Position numbers and translations under genes: made by a program. The notes beneath the pieces were generated by a model. It saw only the letters and a program-made list of their open reading frames with translations, was not told the DNA's origin and did no database searches. DNA of 63,918 bases, filler included, from Nemertoderma westbladi (Eukaryota; Animalia; Xenacoelomorpha), in NCBI GenBank assembly GCA_032718475.1. It is 4 parts of 4 records of this genome, joined end to end, with 100 filler letters (N's around TTAATTAATTAA, not from the genome) between each part and the next. Parts side by side here need not be neighbours in the genome. Positions count along the whole stretch, not along the records: positions 37,272 to 59,956 come from JAUCBJ010000307.1; 3 more parts are not named here. One strand, given 5' to 3'. Positions 38,545 to 49,513 of this stretch are shown piece after piece. How positions within the stretch are numbered: the first letter of the stretch is position 1; every line of letters begins with the position of its first letter.

Positions 38545-38790
38545 AATTTATTGATTGTCAAACAGCGTTGGTAGAGCATTCCAGTCCTCTGGTGCCATCA
38601 CTCGTATAGATTGTTTAGCAACCAGTAATCGTGTTCTGTGTACTGTGCAGTCATTGTTGGTGGCGGTGCGCGTTCGGTGTTGGTGGATTGTAGATGTGAA
38701 TGTAAGAAGTGATGTGAACATGTCTAGTGGTAGAATCTTTTTTATGTGAGTGTAGCAAATTGTTGCTACCTGTTTGATGTATATGGAAAT
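38545..38790 (-). mobile_element. 3' fragment of an L2/Crack/Daphne-like LINE
   Basis: Translation IHQHRTRTATNNDC...KQSIRVMAPEDWNALP resembles the HxYxTR...WNxLP LINE C-terminus. Confidence 0.6.
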
Positions 38791-39477
38791 TAGGGTTTCC
38801 CCTACTGATAATAATATAGTATTTAATTACATTGTGAATTTAAAATAATTGAATTAGATTTGCGTGGCTGGTGCCTGCACGGAGGATCCCATTACAGTAT
38901 TTCAGACACCAGTTTAAACAAACAAACAATATACATACAGTACAGTAGAAAAAAACCATTATACAATTCTTAGAATGGGCCTACAAAAAATTTACTATTG
39001 AGACAGAACTAATTTGAATAGGTACATAAATGTGTTTAAATTTATTATTAATACATAGAATAACTAAATGATAGCAATAACTAGCGGAATATAGAAAACA
39101 AGTGAAATTTCTAATTACGTTGTAGTTATAGTTACAGTTATAGTTACAAATATTAAGTTAAATAAAGGTAGCGTTAAACTGAAAGTAAGTTTGATAATGT
39201 AATTTAGATATTACAACAATTAAATATATAATTAAAATACGGTTGCGTTTAACTAAAAGTAAGAAGTTAACCAGTATCATGAATCCTGTGTCCTGAATAT
39301 TTTAGCTCATTTTGCTTCACCTCAATCAGTCAATACTGCAATAAACTATCTTGCAATCCATCAGTTTCTTGTTTATCAGACTAGATTGGTGATGTACAAA
39401 CTAGCCAATCACTATGGCGTCTCTAAAGGGTCAAAATATACATGAATAAAAACCTCTATGAAACAAGAAAAATGCCT

Positions 39478-41690
39478 CCATATTTGTTACTGCAGTAATA
39501 AATAATTGTTACTGCAGTATAAATTATTAATTACTGCAGTAATAAATAAAAATTATTTTTTACTGCAGTATGAATTATTAGTTACTGCAGTAAAAAAAAT
39601 TTATTTATTACTGCAGTAATAAATAATTGTTACTGCAGTATTCTGATTGGAGATTAATATAATTATATCGGCCAATGAAATTACAGTTTAGTACTGCAGT
39701 AATAAATATTTGCTACTGCAGTAACAAATAATTATTACTGCAGTAACAATTGTTTCTTACTGCAGTAGCAAATATTTATTACTGCAGTACTAAACTGTAA
39801 TTTCATTGGCCGATATAATTATATTAATCTCCAATCAGAATCCGCAGTTATAAGGGCCACCCAAAACCGGGTTTAATTGGTTGTTATGCAGCATACAATT
39901 CCACCAATGGGATCTTATGAAGCGTTTACGAAGCAATCATATGGATTTGTCATTGCCAGATTACACTGTTTATGTTCTCTAGCATAACGTAGGATGAAAA
40001 ACGGGTATTCTTCACACTGTCACAGTCACATGGTCCATTATAGTTGTTGGTGTTCTTTGTATACACTATTGTTCGTTTTATTTGCCGCAATAATCATTGG
40101 CCATCGAAACGGAAGCAACATAATTTGATCTCAAATCTTATGTTTATTAATTTTTTGTATTCATTTTCATGGTGGGCGTTCTCCTAAGGGGGGGGGGGGG
40201 GGGGGGGGGGGGGTACTGTACTAGCGCAGTTATTAGTATTACATTGTAAATAAACAACTAAGCGTGAATATCCATCTATCGCACCATGTACTACAAGACC
40301 CCACCTAATCAACGAGTGATGTCCGTCTATATGCCATAAGGCATTTGCGTGTGGGACATAGTATTTCCTCCTATGCACTATGGCGCCCCATCTCTGAGCG
40401 GAAAGTATAGGTATAAAGTGACGTTACGTTACGTTACGTTACGTTACGTTACGTTACGTTACGTTACGTTACGTTACGTTACGTTACGTTACGTTACGTT
40501 ACGTTACATTACATTACGTTACGTTACGTTACGTTACGTTACGTTACGTTACGTTACGTTACGTTACGTTACGTTACGTTACGTTACGTTACGTTACGTT
40601 ACGTTACGTTACGTTAAGTTACGTTACGTTACGTTACGTTACGTTACGTTACGTTACGTTACGTTACGTTACGTTACGTTACGTTACGTTACGTTACGTT
40701 ACGTTACGTTACGTTACGTTACGTTACGTTACGTTACGTTACGTTACGTTACGTTACGTTACGTTACGTTACGTTACGTTACGTTACGTTACGTTACGTT
40801 ACGTTACGTTACGTTACGTACCTTGGAATTTTAGAATACCTCGCACTAATCGACATCCAGCGTGAACATACTCCCTATGAATGGCTTCAATCTTTGATTT
40901 TAAATCGATGTCGGATATAATAGTGAATGTGTTTCTCCGTTGAATTTGAAATTGTAATTGTGGACTTACTCACTCCAAACATTTTACTTATTTGTTTCCA
41001 TGAAAATCCAGTGTCCCTAAAAAATTCAAGGCTTTCCTTCTCGAAAACATAAGGTCGCCCTGATAACCCTGTATACATAAGGGTCGGGCGTAGCCGAGTA
41101 GGGTTGGAACAACAAGTGCTTATACCCATATCGATGGGTTGAATTGTATTTAACCAACGCAACCATTGTTTGGTTCCATTAAACAGTTGTCCAACAATAG
41201 TTGGGCGGATAATTTGATGACTTTCAATTTGCCCCAATATCGCTACAAAATGTTCAAGATTTCGATGTATACTGTATAGTAGTAATCATGTCCACGTACC
41301 CCAATGACAGAAATTGCCTCACATCTTTCTATAATGCTTGACAAATGGTCTAAAAAAGCGGAACCAAGGTCATCCATCCATGGGCTCGTCGAACACTCCG
41401 TACCTATTATGTACTGTTTAGTAGGCCTACTGGCTATTGCTAGAGAACATAAACAGTGTAATCTATGGCAATGACAAATCCATTATGATTGCTTCGTTAA
41501 CGCTTCATAAGATCTCATTGGTGGAATTGTATGCTGCATAACAACCAATTAAATCCGGTTCTGGGTGGCCCTTATAACTGCGGATTCTGATTGGGGATTA
41601 ATTGAATTATATCGGCCAATGAAATGGCAATTTAGTACTGCAGTAATAAATATTTGCTACTGCAGTAACAAATAATTATTACTGCAGTAA
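39478..41690 (-). mobile_element. IS3EU-like (integrase-core DDE) DNA transposon remnant with ~230-bp inverted arms and TACTGCAGTA tandem repeats
   Basis: Arms at 39757-39984 and 41438-41668; HTH GFSWKQISKMFGVSKSTI (about 40950-41060), ISDIDL...AGCRLVRGIL (about 40835-40925) and [25 protein letters not shown] (40215-40375). Confidence 0.75.
40401..40818. repeat. (ACGTT)n pentanucleotide microsatellite, about 83 units
   Basis: Near-perfect array inside the transposase remnant. Confidence 0.98.
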
Positions 41691-42189
41691 TTCATTCGTG
41701 GTTGATTCCGGATTAAGATGTAAAATGTTGTAGTGAAATTCTAAGGGATAAGTTTCAACGGGAGAAAATGAGTTCGGTTTTTGATGATTAATCAAGCGTC
41801 GAGTGTTTCGGAGCTGGGAGAGACTGCTCAGTCACTAGTTGAGAAGTGATTGTTGAAAACATTAGCTATTTCGCAACGATCTGATATAATTTGTGTAGAT
41901 TGATCTAATTTTAGAATTATTTTTTTTCGGGGTTACAGAATTTTTAAGTTTACAAAGAGCAGTAATAAAAATAGACCAAGTTTATTTTATATTTGAAGTG
42001 GAATTCTTAAATTGGTCTGTATAGTAATTTTTTCTGCCGCGTTCTTAGGGTGGAGGTTAGCTGGTTACGATATATTATATACAGTAGCAGTTTATTCTGG
42101 TAATTGTTGCTAGATATTGACGGGTAATTTGAACTTATATTACAGTATTGTCGTCTCTGGAATCTTATTCATATACTGTCTGGAGAATG

Positions 42190-42620
42190 TCCCAAGCAGC
42201 CGGAGTCCAGACCAGTGCCGCCGAGGCCTCAACCCCGCAAACCATCGGTCACCTTCTCATCAAGGAGTGCAGGGCACCCTCGGATAAAGGACCTCCCTGC
42301 TGGTCGATGCGTAACTGCAGTTCATGAGCAGCGCCTATGCATCCACTGCCTCTCCCCCGACCACTTCTCTGCCGCTTGTTCTTGTCCTTCTGGTTTGTAG
42401 GACGTGATCCCCAAGCACCACGGTCTGCTCCATAGCGAACTCCACGCCATTCAAGAAGGATGGATGGATTACCTCAACCAACACCTTCCTTCACCTGCAT
42501 TGTGCTCTCGCCAATCACCATCCACGGTGGGCCACCGTCAAGTCGATGCCTATTCTCGCAGTAGCGACGTTACGCGGGACGAACTCATTGCATGTAGACT
42601 GAACTCTCTCTCCATTCATT
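42190..42620 (+). pseudogene. BEL/Pao LTR-retrotransposon gag zinc-knuckle remnant
   Basis: RLCIHCLSPDHFSAAC...KHHGLLH resembles the BEL gag CX2CX4HX4C...HHTLLH motif; in-frame stop. Confidence 0.6.
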
Positions 42621-42949
42621 AACTGTACATAATAACTCTTAATTAACTTTTATATATATCTTTAATTTCATATTTAATGTTAATCGTATTTATCATTAAT
42701 TTGTTCCTTTTAATTATTCACTGTGTCGCTGTTAATTGATCCTTTGTCGTATCACAGTTTTACTGCTGGAATTTTTTATTTTTCCTTAGTTATGTTAACT
42801 TCTGCCTCTTTATTGCCGCCTCATCTTACTTAAGGGTTACCCTTGATGTCCGCTGATTTTCCTTTTTTCTGTTTGCTCTATGGTGCTGATTATTCTTGTC
42901 CTATTTAGATAACACTAAATATGAGTGGTTGTGAGAATTATCTCGTGTA

Positions 42950-43147
42950 GTTTTGTCCAGTGGGATCACGTTTGTGTCTCCACACGCAGACATTCAGGTG
43001 TAATAGGATCGAACCGTGTAGGTTTGTCCGGTAGGGTCACGTTTGCGTCTCGAAACGCAGACATTCAGGTGTAATAGGATCGAACCGTGTAGGTTTGTCC
43101 GGTAGGGTGACGTTTGCATCTCCACACGCAGACATTCACGTGTAATA
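42950..43147. repeat. 71-bp satellite, left part (about 2.7 units)
   Basis: Same unit as 49514-51740. Confidence 0.95.
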
Positions 43148-43385
43148 TTTTGATGCATCCTCACAGTGAGGGAGTAGCCGTCCGTCTTCCCTTTATATAA
43201 CAACTGAACTCCTGAACTTTTGGATTGATATATTGGTATCGGCACCGGTTCTCCGAGTTGCCCCGTCCAGCCATTACCCCCTCCACCGACCAAGCTGACT
43301 CCAAAGAACAAGGAAAACAAAGAAACGACCAAACCCAACAAAATTCATTACAATTCCGGAAAATAAAGGATATCCAAAAGCGAGG

Positions 43386-45995
43386 ATGGTTATTCCGAAG
43401 GCCGCTAAACCTGCGGCTAAGGATTGCAGCAGTTCCCCACTCCTACTAACTCGACAATCGTACGCAAGACGTATTGCTAGAAGGGAGTCGCTTGGGCTGC
43501 AATGCAAACCATTGTTAGTCGAGTCATCGAAAAAGGGGCGCGGAGTCAAGAGTAAATTCGCACTGAAACCGGAACCAACAGATGGTATAATACGTGGAGA
43601 GATCAACTCGGACTTTATCAAACTAGATAACTCAGTCAACACAAGCAATGTCTATGAAGCATTGAGCTCGCCTACAAACTCCACTGGTTCGTTACCGCAG
43701 TCGCCCGACACCAGCGTTCAGTTCGATGCGGAATTTGCCGGAACCAAAAAGAGCGATGCGAACAAGGGAATAAACAGCTGCGAGTTCCACCCCAATTCGT
43801 TAGCCAAACTCGATCCCGAGGAACTAAACTCCCTCATCAGTTCCTATCTGCAAGAAGTCCCCAAGGACCGCCCAGCAAACACGATACCCCTCCCCAAAGC
43901 ACTGGAGACACTAAAACCCGGGAAATGGCTAAGCGACGATGTGGTAGACGGATTTATGGGGCTGATCCAGCAACACTTTCCCCACACCGCGCCGATCCCC
44001 AGCCAACTCGCGAAACAGCTGCGATCGCCAGGCTGCGACCAACTAGTCGCTGTTGAATACGTGGCGCCTCGGTACCTCAGCCTCTACCAGCCTGCAGCCC
44101 CGACGATCCTCTTTCTTCTGGAATGCGTCCACGACCACTTCATCCTCCATGTCGCCGACACAGAGGAGAGAATCGTCTACAGTCTAGATTCCCTCCGGCC
44201 CTCGATGCCAACCAAAATAACGTTCGCCCTTGTAGATGTTTTAAATAAGATCAATGAACTCGCTCCATCGAGAGAAGTTACAAAAACAGCCCAATGGATG
44301 GTCGGGACTAAGAATTCATCTTTCTCCAAACAATCGAATGGTATCGACTGCGGTATCTACAGCTGCCTATATGCGCTGACAGTCGCCCAGAATAAGCTGC
44401 AGATACAGGCTATTCATTACGACTCCAATAAATCCCGTAACTGGGTACATGTTTGCTTTATTAAATTCAAATTAGTAAATGACCACGCCATAGATATCGA
44501 TTTTACATACACTCCTGATGCCGCCAATTACACCAAAACAAAAGACAACGTTGAAACACAACAAACTGTACTCAGTGAGCTACACAACATAGCTCAGTTC
44601 CCCAGGAAAGATTCCATCAAGATGTTTTCGGAAAAATTTACGATCGGACAGATCAGTGAAATCCGTCAAGATTTATTTGAAAGCGTCCTCAATCTGACAA
44701 CCCCAGTTCAGCAGGCTTCTCTCCAGCTGCAGCCACAGACAAGCGTGAACGCCTTGGCGACAGACGTTCTGGAACTCCTGCGCAGCCAATCTAATGGCCT
44801 ATTGACCGAACCATGCCGAAAACGTCTACGTGTATTCGACATCGCGAATGAAAAAGGTGTAACTTTAGAAGGCCTTAAAAACGACTTCATCTCTGCAGTG
44901 TCTGCGCTGCAAGCTCGTATCTGTATTGTCGAGACTAATAACACAAAACTCAACGAACGCCTATGTACCGTAACCGACGAACTTAGTATTGAAAGGCACA
45001 AACGGATCATAATAGAGAACCAACTAGACAAACTGAAATCGAAACAGTCACCTATGGATAATAAATCAAATCAGTTGATAAATAACGTAGTACGAACAAC
45101 AATCATACCCTCCATTAATAAACACCCAGATCCGGATGCATGGGCCGATAACTCTGACAAAGACGATGAAGAATACTTAATCGTTGATGCCATCGAATCT
45201 CCGCCAGCCAAGCTTAAAACTAATAACCCGCCTACATACAAAGACCAGTCACTTAATGAACCCAGCATCCAAACCAACGACAGGGAATGGACAACTGTTG
45301 GCCCGAGAAACAAGAAATTAATAGCGGCCCACATTGAGTCAACCTCTGCTCCCCTACAAAGCAATAAATATTCAGTGACTCATAGCCAAACCAACACAAA
45401 AAAACCCCAATCCGATCAGAGGCCAGCACTAAAACTACAGTGTGCGGAGTCAAGAAAACTGCAAACTCTATTCATCAACAGAATTTCTCGGAAAAATAAT
45501 GAGGATGATATCATAGAATATCTGCGGGTTCGTAAAATACGGGTCCATCGTATAACAACTAGAATATCCCGGGACTCAATCAATATTCGATTAATAGTGG
45601 ACCAAGAAGACTCGGTGATGGTTAAACAAGCCAGTTTCTGGCCGGATGGAATAACATGCCGCGACTGGCAGTACAACACCAGATACGTGGAACAACAACA
45701 CCGACATCGCAACGATCGTGATTACCACGGACAAACCTCGTGGCGACGAGCCCCCAACGGGGAGTACGAGTGGGATCGCAACCAAAACGCGCAACCCCAA
45801 CAACATTCGCCGGAACGTGGTGTGGCCAAACAATCGCCATGGCACCAAGATCACAACGATCAACATACAAGGCATCGAGATCCCCACCAACAGGACCAGT
45901 GTTCTCGCGAACGTGGCACTTATTATCAATCTCCACTTGAACAGGATCGATACGCACAACGCCCGAGCGAACGCACGCTGAGGCATCGGGTTTAA
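43386..45995 (+). CDS. LINE ORF1 (869 aa): Ulp1/SENP-like C48 cysteine protease, coiled coil, RRM-like domain and Q/H/R-rich tail
   Basis: LETLKPGKWLSDDVVD, HF (H251), LDSL (D268) and QSNGIDCG (Q316, C322); LFINRI...FWPDGITCRDW is typical of LINE ORF1. Confidence 0.85.
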   Translation: MVIPKAAKPAAKDCSSSPLLLTRQSYARRIARRESLGLQCKPLLVESSKKGRGVKSKFALKPEPTDGIIRGEINSDFIKLDNSVNTSNVYEALSSPTNSTGSLPQSPDTSVQFDAEFAGTKKSDANKGINSCEFHPNSLAKLDPEELNSLISSYLQEVPKDRPANTIPLPKALETLKPGKWLSDDVVDGFMGLIQQHFPHTAPIPSQLAKQLRSPGCDQLVAVEYVAPRYLSLYQPAAPTILFLLECVHDHFILHVADTEERIVYSLDSLRPSMPTKITFALVDVLNKINELAPSREVTKTAQWMVGTKNSSFSKQSNGIDCGIYSCLYALTVAQNKLQIQAIHYDSNKSRNWVHVCFIKFKLVNDHAIDIDFTYTPDAANYTKTKDNVETQQTVLSELHNIAQFPRKDSIKMFSEKFTIGQISEIRQDLFESVLNLTTPVQQASLQLQPQTSVNALATDVLELLRSQSNGLLTEPCRKRLRVFDIANEKGVTLEGLKNDFISAVSALQARICIVETNNTKLNERLCTVTDELSIERHKRIIIENQLDKLKSKQSPMDNKSNQLINNVVRTTIIPSINKHPDPDAWADNSDKDDEEYLIVDAIESPPAKLKTNNPPTYKDQSLNEPSIQTNDREWTTVGPRNKKLIAAHIESTSAPLQSNKYSVTHSQTNTKKPQSDQRPALKLQCAESRKLQTLFINRISRKNNEDDIIEYLRVRKIRVHRITTRISRDSINIRLIVDQEDSVMVKQASFWPDGITCRDWQYNTRYVEQQHRHRNDRDYHGQTSWRRAPNGEYEWDRNQNAQPQQHSPERGVAKQSPWHQDHNDQHTRHRDPHQQDQCSRERGTYYQSPLEQDRYAQRPSERTLRHRV

Positions 45996-46032
45996 CCCGC
46001 ACAAAACCCAGGATAGCGGAAACAGCAAACCA

Positions 46033-49000
46033 GTGAGATTTAGCACCTTCAACACCAGAGGATTTTCAGGCAACACCGAATATATTGACAAACTGCTTGG
46101 CGAGTGTGACTTTCTCACTCTCCAGGAACACTGGCTGGACGACTTGGAATGCAAAACCATTCTAGAACCCCTGAACGACAAGTTCCACTGCGTATATGCG
46201 GTCAGCCCTCTGATGGAGAACCAATACCGCAAACGTGGTGCTGGTGGGGTCGCGCTCTACTTTAGGAAGGACCTGGTGCGGACATGGTCACGGGTGGATG
46301 GCGGTGATGGTATCGTTGGTATCATCGCTAACCTGAAGAATTGCAATCGGTCTATTATAGCGCTATCGTGCTACGCACCAGACCAATCCAAGGACGCAGC
46401 CCTGTACGACAGTTTTCTGGGTCGCATACACTCGGAAGTTACTCGGTATTCGGGATGTACCCCCATATTACTAATGGACTGTAATGCCGACTTGGGAAAC
46501 CTGCAAGGATCAAGAGGTCAGTTATCGAGTAAAAAGGCGAATACCAGAGGGCTACATCTCGACAGCTTTCTCAACAGCAATGGTTTGTATGTCGCCGACA
46601 CACACAGCCCGTTTACTGGGCCAATAATAACGTTTCGCGGTCAAGGCCAAAATACCAGTTCGTATATTGACCACATTGTGACATCTGCCGACAGTGGTGG
46701 GCTCATCAGAAGTGGGTGTGTGTATCGTGATGACCCTGCTAACAACCATTCGGACCACGCCGCAGTTCTAGCTACTTTTGATCTCGCAACACCATATGAC
46801 TACACGGAGGACAACAAGGGTCCAAATAAGTCAAACCGGCGTCAAATAAAATTCAACTGGGACAAAGCCACATCTGAAGGCAAACATAAGTACAAAGAAG
46901 CCATAGACGTGGCGATCGCAAAGTTAATTGATGATACCAAGGGACTCTGTGACATTGATGCAATAAGTAACTGTATGGAATCGTTGCAGAGCTCGGGGGT
47001 TGTGGCAGCCACATCAATTATCCCAATAATAAAACAGCGGCGGCCCACCACAAACCTTCGCATACGATCGAAGCTCCTACGAGCGAGTTCCAGAACAACA
47101 CAGGACCTGTACAAATTATGGAGTGTTACTGGACTGGAGGATCAACTCGGTTCGGCTTTCAAAGAGTCCAAGCGTCGCATGAGGAGGATAAAAAACTTTC
47201 TCTCGCGGAACATGGTACGCAATTCAACGAATAAATGGTCAAGGAATTTCAGTTCCCATCCCCGCCAATTCTGGTCCAATGTGAACCGAACAAGCACCAC
47301 AAGCGCACCGCCAACCATGGAATCAGTACTGCGATCCCACTACACTACCAAGTTTAGTGGGGACCACGGTCTGAGTGATTCTCTCAGAACCGATTTAAAG
47401 GAAGCCTGCGACACCAGCGTTCTACCTCAAATATCGCCTCGGGCGGTCAGACGAGCCGTCGCCTCTCTCTCGACAAGAAAATCGCCGGACTTTTCCTCGC
47501 TAACTGCCGAGCACATTCTGTATATGAATCCGGAGCCGATATGCGAGCTTCTAGCTGTTGTAATAAATACCTGTTTTGAACTGAAACAAGTACTGACGTT
47601 GTTTGGCAACTCAGTAATCTCGAGTCTGTACAAAGGAAAACAGCGGGATCTATTTTGTACAGGGTCATACAGACCAATTGCCTCGATTAGCATCTGGGCA
47701 AAGGTCTTTGAGCGGGTGATACTTGCAGAGTTTCTGGGCAGTATAAAACTACACGACAATCAGACGGCGTATCGCAGCAGGATTGGGTGCGACATCGCCA
47801 TAGCTACAGTTCTGGAATGCATTGAGAGTAACTTAGTGAGAGGGTCCCAATTGTACATCTGCCAGCTAGACATAGAGGCTGCGTTCGACTCCGTGGACTA
47901 TGATACATTGGGTCGGAAGATGATGGAGTTCGTTAACCCTCATATCGTCGCCACCGTGCTCAATTACTACATGGTCAGCACCTTGTACCTAAAGTTCAAC
48001 GGCCTGATCGATCGTGACGGAATCTCTGTTCGACGAGGCGTTAAACAGGGATCCTTGTTATCACCGATCCTATTCAACCTGTACACAAGAAGCATACTGG
48101 ACAACCTAGAGGAATCCCATGTGGGTTATACAATCAATTCAATCTGGTTGGGAGCCATATCATATGCGGACAATTTCTTACTAATGACGAACAATCCAAA
48201 AGATATGGAAACTCTATTTAGGTTCTTCAGCAAGTCCGCCAATGATATAAAACTGTCGGTCGAATCTAGTAAAATTAAGTGGACGGTATTTTCGAACCAA
48301 AGGAATTGCCACCAACCGTCCTTCCTCCGGCTTGGCAAACCGCTGTTCCCGCGCAGTAAATCCTGGACCTTCCTCGGCTACAACCTGGCCCAGTCGCAGA
48401 CCAACCCTCTGGGCGCCTCGCCTCGGCCCAGAAGATAGTCGCCCTCGCACGGATGTTCCAGGCGAAGGGCTGGACAACCCGGTGGCTGCCGGCGGCGACC
48501 GTTGCCAACCTGTGGCGCGGCGTCGCTCTACCGGCAGCCCTGTACTCATTGAAACTCAACATCGGGGCGTTCACTCAAACTGAATTGGGAAAACTCGACG
48601 TGGTTTACAGGAACGCCCTCAGGAGTCTGCTGTGTGTTGCACCGTACATTGGGAACTCAACACTCTACCACCTAACCCAGCTGAAACCCATCTCGCTGGA
48701 GGCTTTCCGGCTATCGGTTGGTACACTTGTGCGGTACAACGAGTGCCCCAACAAAGCCCTCCAGAGCACGTTTGCATCCCTAGCAATCGCCAGCCTGTCC
48801 GGGAGACGGGGGAGAGGCTCCTACCCAGGGGTTCTTGGCGGCTACAGAGCCGCCTCCACCGAGCACCCTCTACCACTGCTCGAGTCCATTCTAATGTACC
48901 GCTACGCGAAGGACTCCATCGTAAACCGGATGGTTATGGGCGCGCCGACCTTCACAGATATTGGGAACGCTGATTTCATTGCGGCCTGCTTCGACCTCCA

Positions 49001-49058
49001 ATCGCTGACATTGCGGGAAAAAATGAAACGAATAAAGGAATTTTATGCCATCATTTAG
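46033..49058 (+). pseudogene. LINE ORF2 (APE plus RT) with a YADD-to-YADN change and one frameshift near 48400-48430
   Basis: TFNTRG, LQEHWL, MDCNAD, SYIDHI, SDH, SYRPI, LDIEAAFDSV, GVKQGSLLSP and SYADN (48160-48174); continues in ORF 48453-49058. Confidence 0.9.
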
Positions 49059-49513
49059 TCGTATTTTAATCGGATTTAGATCGATTTTTACTGCTTTTTT
49101 AGCCAGATCATTTTATTCGGAATATTCAATAACTTTAATTCAATTGTTTTTATTCATTTGTTTGCCATTTTATATCATATCATTGAAGGACGTATTTTAA
49201 TTTAGTCAAGCTAGTTTCAATACCAATACCAAACTGGAGGTCCCCAGAGGTCACATAATGGAAAAACTGAAACGAATAAAGGAATTTTATGCCATCTCTT
49301 AGTTGTATTTTAATCGGTTTTAGATAGATTTTTACTGCTTTTTTAGCCAGATCATTTTATTCGGAATATTCAATAACTTTAATTCAATTGTTTTTATTCA
49401 TTTCACCCTCTATGTCGTGATTAATCTACTTTTCATTGTGAAGTAATTGTAAATGTATGTCGTAAATTTTATTGACCGTATTGTCGGCTAGTCCGAATTA
49501 AAGAGTATAATAA

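Larger units (their letters stand above)
43148..49513 (+). mobile_element. Near full-length RTEX/Proto2-like LINE inserted in the 71-bp satellite
   Basis: 5' UTR, ORF1, ORF2, 3' UTR and (TAA)n tail; TAATA on both sides (43143-43147 and 49514-49518); the satellite resumes in register. Confidence 0.92.

Noticed and set aside
40349-40834. (YVTLR)n ORF
   Set aside because: Translation of the (ACGTT)n microsatellite.
43148-43385. HDV-like or hammerhead ribozyme in the LINE 5' UTR
   Set aside because: Only a small hairpin (CCTCACAGTGAGG) is visible; I could not build the nested pseudoknot or the CUGANGA/GAAA core by eye.
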